Positions 33,227 through 40,974 of a stretch of 40,974 bases of DNA are shown one piece after another. Position 1 is the stretch's first letter. Every line of letters begins with the position of its first letter. The notes beneath the pieces were generated by a model, which searched no databases, had not been told where the DNA came from, and worked only from the letters and a program-made list of their open reading frames with translations. The position numbers and the translations under genes were made by a program. Source of the DNA: Nemertoderma westbladi (taxonomy: Eukaryota > Animalia > Xenacoelomorpha); assembly GCA_032718475.1 (NCBI GenBank), contig JAUCBJ010004811.1, positions 1 through 40,974 on the forward strand. Reading direction: 5' to 3'.

Positions 33227-36200
33227 TTACGTTATGGAGTCCCTAGATGTTTGAAGGATTAGGGAGGTGGTCGTGGGAAGATAATCTTGCCTTCCACAGT
33301 TTCTGGAGAGTCCTCCATTCCCTTCCGGTAAACACAAACGACCGACTGGGTGATTGAGTCGCTGCATCCCGAATACAATTCCAGGTTTCCTCTTCGTCCT
33401 GGAATAGTGACGATAGAAACATCGCTCTAAGTACACGACGGCCTTACAAAGCCGATTCCAGGAGCTATAGTGGTCCGTCGCTCCCTGCAGGAGAGGTGAG
33501 AGTCCCTGCGAGACGTCTGATGTTCCAGAGCTCCAATCGCTCTCTCTGATCTTCATGAAGGATCCACTCGCGGTGGGGAGGTCCAGATCTACGGCGTCGT
33601 CCCTGGCAATATGTAATACCGACAGATCTATCCCGGGTTCAAATAACTCCGATCCACCCGTCCGGGTTTTAAGTTTGACTTTCTCCGCTCCCTTGGCTGG
33701 TCTAATCTCAGTCGGAGTAAGATGGGGAGGCCATTCATCCTCCTTACTCAGGAAGTCGGGTTCACCTAACCGGTCTGTAGTATCTGTCAGTTCTTGAGGA
33801 GTTGCTCCTCTGGAAGCGATGTCGGCTATATTCATCGTCTTGGGGCAATATCTCCATTGATCTACATTGGAGTTAAGATTGTCATTATCTGAGGAGTGTG
33901 GTGTTCCCTCAGTTGGGTCGTCTCCCTCACTAGTATCGTCTTCCCATTCACTCACCTGGCAGACGCGATCTTGAAGCAGTCTTTCCCTGAGCGTTCTACG
34001 GGAAGGTCCAGTAAGGTACCAACCTACTCTAGTTCTTACCGCATAGGTCTGAAGTGGTTGCGGTTGAGTAGGTCGTTTCTCTAATGTCTCCAGCGCCTCA
34101 TGCGCGTTTTGACCGATTAATATTTGTACTCCAGGATAATCGGTGTCGAATCTAGGGATGTTAAGTTGTTGGACATGATCATCTTCGTCCCAATTATAAG
34201 GTTCCACTTGGGTGGTAGCGAAGTTCTTTATTGCCACCATTTTTACTGACCTTATACTGTATTCTCCTAGTTTATCCTGTGGAGTGGACAACTCACCTAT
34301 ATAATAGTCGGCAGCTACAGTAGAATTCCAAACCTGCATGATCCCTGACATGTTTAGCTTGGTTCGGAACTTGGGTTGTCCAGCAAAGATGACTTCGGCT
34401 AGTTCTTTATTGATGAATGTTCCTGTGCTACCGGAGTCCAGGAGGGCGTTCACTATATAGCTCTTCTGAGGTCCGTGGACCCGTAACTGGACTACAGGAA
34501 ATTCTCGGATTCCTATATTGGAAGTTGGCGCTTTCCAAGATGGTTGTTGATCAGAAGTAGTTAAGGTACGGTCGCTGTCTGTGTCTTTCTCATGCATGAG
34601 TGCTCGATACACTGCGGTGGTGTTTATTAGGTAACAGGTTTCGTTTTGGTCGGAGAATTCGTCCGTATAGAATCCTTCCATTTCAGAACTTTGGTCGGAG
34701 AATTCGTCCGTATAGAATCCTTCCATCTCAGAACTTTGGTCAGTGTCGTTCACATCACTGAATTGGACATGTAGTTCGGACTCACTTACCTGACTCGAGC
34801 TGTTTCGTTCAAATTCCGTGTGCAACAAGATATGATGTTTTGCGCCGCACTTTGCACACCTTGCGTCGGAGTAACAGGTTCGCCGTTGGTGTCCTCGTCT
34901 GAGGTAATTATAACACAACCGCTTATCCCACATGACTTCACGTCTATCCTTTAGTGATTTCCTCAGGAATTTATCACACGCATTTAAACGGTGGGGCCCG
35001 TCGCACAGCACACATTTGGGCTTGATGTTACTTACTTTAACCTGTGCTATGTGGTCCACACTTGTTCTTTCCTCGGGCTTTCTCACCTGAATTCTTTTGG
35101 GAGACGTAGGAGGGGTTTTTTGTACCGGTTCCCTTCTGTCATTGGGTCGAGACTTGGATTTACTTACCTGATCTTTAGGCATTTTATTGACATAATAAGA
35201 TCTGTCAGTGTCTTTCCCGCTGTCCTCTCCTTGAGAAATTTGGCTTTCACCCTCGTCGGTATAACATACTGGTGTTACCCTTCTCCTAGAAACGGGTTTC
35301 TCACTTACCTTACTTTCCGCTGTCTTCTCTCTGGACTGCTTTATGAGCTGTAATTTCACCTCGCTATCCAAGAATGACATGAGATCAGCCATGGTAGGGT
35401 CTCGTTGTTGTTGTTCCATCATATATAACACCTTCTTGTCCCAGCGTGTACCTACTCCACCCTTGGGCAAAGTAGATGCTAAGGCTCCTACAACCATAGA
35501 ATTCTGGTATTCATGAGACTTACCTAACCAATCTAGTTGTCTACAGATCTCCTGAATCTCATCGGAAAACTCTATAATCCCGCTGCTAAGAAACTTTCGG
35601 GGCGCCATTAATTTCGCATATAAATACCTAGCTATGTTAGTCTTATTACCATACCTGATGTTTAGTGTATCCCAAACTTGTCTTTATCTGTCTGGATGTC
35701 CAATAAACTTTAACGCCATTAACTTGGGAGATCCTTCCAAGCACTCGATGAGGAATCTAAGTTTCTCTCCATTAGATAGTACAGAGTTCTGAATGTTATC
35801 TTTATAATATTCATTAAAAGGTAACCATTTCATCTCATCTCCATTGAACTTGACGATCTCTCCCACCTTTACCGCTTGCCGGGCTTCGGTTCTAGCCATT
35901 TGACGCGTAAAACTTTCTTGAGCCATCGTATTATTGAATATAGAATTATCGGTATATAAATTTCTCGGATTATGATCAGGTCTATATGGAATATTATTAT
36001 CAACAGGTTTATAATTACCCTGAATAGGGTTTACTATAGGAGTTTCTACTTCACTAGCAGTATAGATGCGTGTAGGCTCCACACCTTGCGCATGAAATAC
36101 TTCAGACCTAACGGGTTGACACATTGTTACAGGGGGTGGTGTTATACCCCTTTGTATGTTCACTAATTTATCGCATTCTAACGCGATACTTTGCTGCACC

Positions 36201-36781
36201 TTTTGCAACTCTAACCTACTTTCCCTTACTGTTCCCTTGAGCTGCTGAACAGTCTCTTCCATTTCCCGGACCTGCTGAGAGGAGCACAAACAGTGTTCCC
36301 TCAGCTGCTCGAGCAGGAGACCCATCTCCCGTCGTCCCTCAGCTACCCACTCAACCGCCGAAGCGGGAGTCGCCAACGTAGTAGCGGGCGAGCGAGAGAC
36401 GACGGGCGATAAATTCTTGATATCTCGCTCGGCGTCCAGGACGGGTTTGGACTCGGGAACAGTCCTACTGGGCACAGGTAGTTTAGTACTGTACAAAGGG
36501 AATTTATAGGCAGGTTCTGGGAGTACAGGTGTCTCTATCTTTCTTTCCGCTTCTACTGTTGCCATTGCCTCTGCCGCCTTTCTTTCCGCTTCTGCTGTTG
36601 CCATTGTCTCTGCCGCCTTTCTTTCCGCTTCTGCTGTTGCCATTGCCTCTGCCGCCTTTCTTTTCGCTTCTGCTGTTGCCATTGCCTCTGCCATCTTCCT
36701 TTCAAGACCCTGTCCAAGTCTAAGACTGATTCTAACACCTTCCAAAAGACTATCTGACAGTGCCCGTTTTGTGTCAGACAT
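33227..36781 (-). pseudogene. BEL/Pao gag-protease polyprotein with one premature TAA (35686-35684); RT, most of RNase H and integrase core deleted
   Basis: KFNGDEMKWLPF...EKLRFLIECLEG; zinc knuckles CVLCDGPH, CYNYLRRGH, CAKCGAKHHILLH; protease ALLDSGS; RTRVGWYLTGP; QWRYCPKTMNIADIASRG; SSWNRL; PVGRLCLPE; no YxDD or DDE. ORFs 35684-36781 and 33227-35608 are in the same frame. Confidence 0.9.
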
Positions 36782-36899
36782 TTTTGTTTGTACAGTTGAA
36801 TGCCTACTGCTATATTACAGTTAAAGCAAGTCTAGTAATTCAGTATCACTGCAAGCCTAGCGATTAATTACCGATACTGCTACTCAGTGTAGCGTGATA

Positions 36900-37170
36900 T
36901 ATATATAATATTAGAATACCGGTATGCTTATAGTATATATAACTATATAAGTTTTATTACAGACTAGGTTTATCACAGAATACCGGTATAATTTTAGCAC
37001 AAATATATATAAATATATAATAGGCCTATCGGGAATACCGGTATACAGCTTACACTTATAGTATATAAGTATAATTATAGATTAGAATTAATTACAGAAT
37101 ACCGGTATAATTTCAGCTTAAATTTATAGAAATAAATATAATAAGCCTATTGCAAATACCGGTATGTCAA
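36900..37170. repeat. AT-rich ~60/120-bp tandem repeat with AATACCGGTAT cores in the BEL/Pao 5' UTR
   Basis: AATACCGGTAT five times at ~55-65-bp spacing. Confidence 0.75.
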
Positions 37171-38112
37171 TTATTTTAAATAATTGAATTTCTGAATTTT
37201 AGGAGTTACTTAGGTTACTTAGTTACTTTTCTTACTCTATTACTGTTACTTGAGCAATAGTCCAACTGATATTGAGACCTAATTGTTGTATGGCAGGCCT
37301 ACTATTTATAAATCGTTTGAGTTGATTTATAATATATATATATACCCGCTTAAATGGGTTTTGTCAATGTTTGAAATAAATGTTATTATTTCTGGGGAGT
37401 AATCACTACACAAAGCGGTGCGCTTTCAGTGAAGTGTTACTTATAGGACACTAAAACAAATAATTCTACTTTCTAAGTTACTTATCTACAAATTACTTAC
37501 GATTCGGGTTGAGATTACAATCTCTAAATAAACACAAAAATTTACAAAAAACACAAAATACGAATTTTTAGGGTAATTTTACAAGAAGTCTACAAACCAG
37601 CCTAACAAAGGGTTAGAATCTGGTTATTACAACGGACAGGGTACTACGGTATTTGAAAATAATAAGTAGTAGTAAATATACTGCGCTGTCCAGATAGGAA
37701 AATACCACCGCCTGACGACCTATAGCCGTGTCGCTATGGGTACTACGTTATGTATCACGGAGTGTTCCTACCTAGAAGTTAATAGAGCCAACGAATGTGC
37801 CTATCAACCACTTTACAACACAGATATACTGCCTACACACTAATTACCTTCGGAAAGCACTGTACACTAAACCCTAAATTAGGTACAAGTACTTATAAAA
37901 CAGATAACCAGCAGTTAGAAATACTTGAACAGCTAAAAGAACCAAGGTATCTGCTGGAGTGACCGGTGCACAAAATCACCAGTCTTTACCTACGCCAAGC
38001 AGCCCGTGTAGTACCGGGGTTAATTTAACTATAGCGGTATGTATAACAAACACAATTACTGTAGGAACAAACTTGGGGAATGAATGTTGCGAATAATCGC
38101 ATAAACTCTGAA

Positions 38113-38685
38113 TAATAAATATTACGCAACGCGTACAAACTACTCAAACAAAATGCAGACCAAATGCTGACAGACTACTATCAAGCCTAAACAAACTACG
38201 GTATGTGCAGACTCCGAAACGGTTAGTTAGTATGCGCGCTAACCGAGTAGTACGACTTATTCTTTAAGAGGGGGTTTACCTCACAGCACTGGAAGCCCCT
38301 ACTTACTAACTGGCACTTTCTCGGACATGCACTCTACACACAACGCAATCCCTCAGACCTAATAACAGCTAGGCAACAATTCAGCCTACAGATTATCAAA
38401 ATAAGAATATTACGCTACCCGTACAGACTACACAAACAAGTACAGACTAAACGATGGCAGACTACTCTCAAGCCTAAATAAACTACAGGACATGCAGACT
38501 CCGAAATGGTTAGGTAGTATGCGTTCTAACCCAGTAGTACGACTTATTCTTTAGATGGGGGTTTACCTTACAGCTTTGGCTGCCCCTACTTCCTAACCGC
38601 ACTTTATCGGACAGATGATCTACACACACTGCAATCCGTTCAGACTTAACAACAATCAGACAACAGTTCAGCCTACAAATTGTCT
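38113..38685. repeat. Two diverged ~286-bp tandem units in the BEL/Pao 5' UTR
   Basis: CAGACTACT-TCAAGCCTAAA...AGTAGTACGACTTATTCTTTA...TTCAGCCTACA at ~287-bp offset. Confidence 0.85.
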
Positions 38686-38951
38686 GTACAATCTGATCAG
38701 GCTTACACGCCTTCTGTTCAATACTGGCCTACAAATAAATAAAACTTGACAGAAATAAGTAAACCATATAAAGGAATAAGGGGTGATCAATCCCTAATCC
38801 CTTAGCAGCCTACAATATACAAAATATCACAATCGAAATAATACTGCTGTACCTGTACTGCAGTAAGTACCGGTACGGGTGATCAGGCAGTCAGGCCTAC
38901 TGGTTACCGGTCAACCGGTACTTTAGCTTTATTGCCTACCGCAATACAGAA

Positions 38952-40245
38952 GCAATATCTGCTATTGTTCTTTACCAGAACAATATTAAACTGCATTTAG
39001 TGCCTACACTGCAATACAGACTATATATCCGTTATTGTTCGCGCTTTCAGACCTTTGGCAGTTTAACCCGCCAAATTAGGATGTCTTCTAGATAATAAAT
39101 CGCTTTTAGCCTCTGACAAGTATTTGATTCACTACACTAGTTGAAACCAATCTGTGCGCGATCATTCACCCGTTGGATATACCCGGGAGATTGATTTCGA
39201 CAGCTTAATCGTATTGCTATGTAAGCCTAATGTATTATTCGACTGACAGTATTATATAATCTCTGACAATGTTATTCACCTTCGGGGAATATTAACAGTT
39301 CCTTTGGACGTGGCGCTCTATCTATATAAACAGAGTTATGACTTAAACTACTCACAACGATATGGCTTAGTTATAATTCACATATATGGCGCATTCTTTA
39401 GGAAATGCTTCGTTATCAGTCTCACTCATACACAATGCTGCACAATACTGCACACTGATCTGCCGATCTTCACTGATTTTAGTCACATATAAAAGGAACG
39501 CAGACCGACTCATGTAGGGTCTATCAAATAACATTAGATTCACTTCAAACCACTTTAACATAAGTCACAATCGTTATATGTAACCTTTCTCTCTTACCTT
39601 CGGTATATCAAGAATATTGGGTTTTCGGGGTTATTTCTCGTTATTCCAATATAATATTTATCACCATATAATGAATAATCGACAGTAAATAGCAGTATAA
39701 CAATATAAAGGTATGTACAACAAGATATATGCATTGCCCAGTTGAGTTAGGTTAGTAGGTAAGTATTGAGTTGCACCGTGTGTGGGCCAGATAACGGATA
39801 TATGTCCTTATAATTATGCCTACTAGTGTTAGGCTAAAAGCAGAACAGCACAAAATATTCCAAAGCCGTTCTTCCTGGCTCAGGACAGAATGATAACACT
39901 GCCCATAATGCATTACGTGATTTCTCGGAAATTTCTGCACAAGAGCCGCAAAAACGCTCTGATTGGTTGACTGAACTACGAGAGAACAAAGAAACAAAGA
40001 AATGTCGACATGGCAATATCAGCTGTTAGCCGTCGTCATGGTAGCGACACTGTTTTCAAGAGTATCGAGCTTATTGCGTCCCGAAATTGCGGATTATGTC
40101 CTCTAAAGTACAAATACAGAAGAAATGGCTTTTATGTCCTCTAAAACACCAGTACAGTACGGACACGGCCTTTTTATGCCCAGTAAACCAACTACAGAGT
40201 ACTTTAAGGGGAAAATAACCGGCTAATTACCCAAAAGCTTTTACA
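38952..40245 (-). repeat. 5' LTR-containing direct repeat (1294 bp)
   Basis: Matches 28991-30155 plus a 129-bp segment at ~39800-39928. Confidence 0.93.
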
Positions 40246-40974
40246 AACCCGATTGCAGCAAATTGTCCGATTGTATATTTATTATTTTAACTTTCATTGG
40301 GCCCAGCTTTGCGAATTCGACAATGACTTCCAGGAGGGATCGAACTAGTGACCTCCAATTTGGAGGTCTGACCATTCCGCTAGCGGCTAATGTTAAGGGT
40401 AGACCTGAAATACTTCCTGATACCTTGTATGTCCGCAATATACGCACTCATGGCCTCCCATAATTATACAGTGTAATAAATAAGTATATGACAATAATAT
40501 GATTATGGTGGCAATATTAAATCTGAGAATGTTAGCCGTTAGTTATTACATAACATATCTAGCCCCTTAAGACTTAAACAAGTTGTGTCCAATCAGAGCA
40601 CATGTTTGTTGGCCTGTTTTACTGCCAATGATAACTGTATACAGAAATCTTATATTTTTATCAGATTATTATTCGGTTTCAGTGCATATAATATTTGTGC
40701 TTCGTGTGTATTGAATAGCCCATAAAGTTGTAGTATTACTGAACTCTCATTGGTAACTATCGAAGCCGGTATCCTTGCGTCTTATTGGCTATTCTATTTC
40801 ATTAAGCATTGTTTGTATCCATATATAATTGGTGTCCACCTTGACACTAATCAATTGTACGTAACAACTTATCATTTTGCAATTTATAACTTATGTTTGC
40901 ATTTACTATTATTGCATTACTTGTTGATGAATATATTGGACCAGAGATCAGACCAACTCGATTTCCACACTGTG

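Larger units (their letters stand above)
28991..40245 (-). mobile_element. Non-autonomous BEL/Pao LTR retrotransposon, ~11.3 kb
   Basis: Long direct repeats at both ends starting TGTAA on the minus strand, PPT-like GGGAGCGG at 30163-30156, gag-protease ORF between them. Confidence 0.9.

Overview
AT-rich, repeat-dense eukaryotic DNA, most likely from an invertebrate animal (inferred from a spliced fibrinogen-domain gene, a CARD protein and metazoan-type retroelements; the species cannot be named). Two plausible host genes: an intronless WD40-propeller + C-terminal CARD protein with an N-myristoylation motif (4836-6215, -) and a two-exon secreted fibrinogen-related (FReD) protein (27174-28476, -). 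An orphan 409-aa ORF (103-1332) runs straight into a ~360-bp array of 22-bp palindromic units. The rest is largely nested mobile DNA: four RTE-type LINE pieces (one with a head-to-head, twin-priming-like inversion, one with a clean 8-bp TSD), a degenerate CRE-like RT, two related LTR-element 3' ends sharing an invariant pre-PPT hairpin, a BEL/Pao gag fragment, MITEs, tRNA-derived SINE heads, a G-rich satellite, and an 11.3-kb BEL/Pao element with nearly identical long direct repeats that keeps gag-protease but has lost RT and integrase by in-frame deletion and carries a decayed extra ORF. No CRISPR, rRNA or intact tRNA genes were seen. All family assignments come from motifs read by eye; no database search was run.
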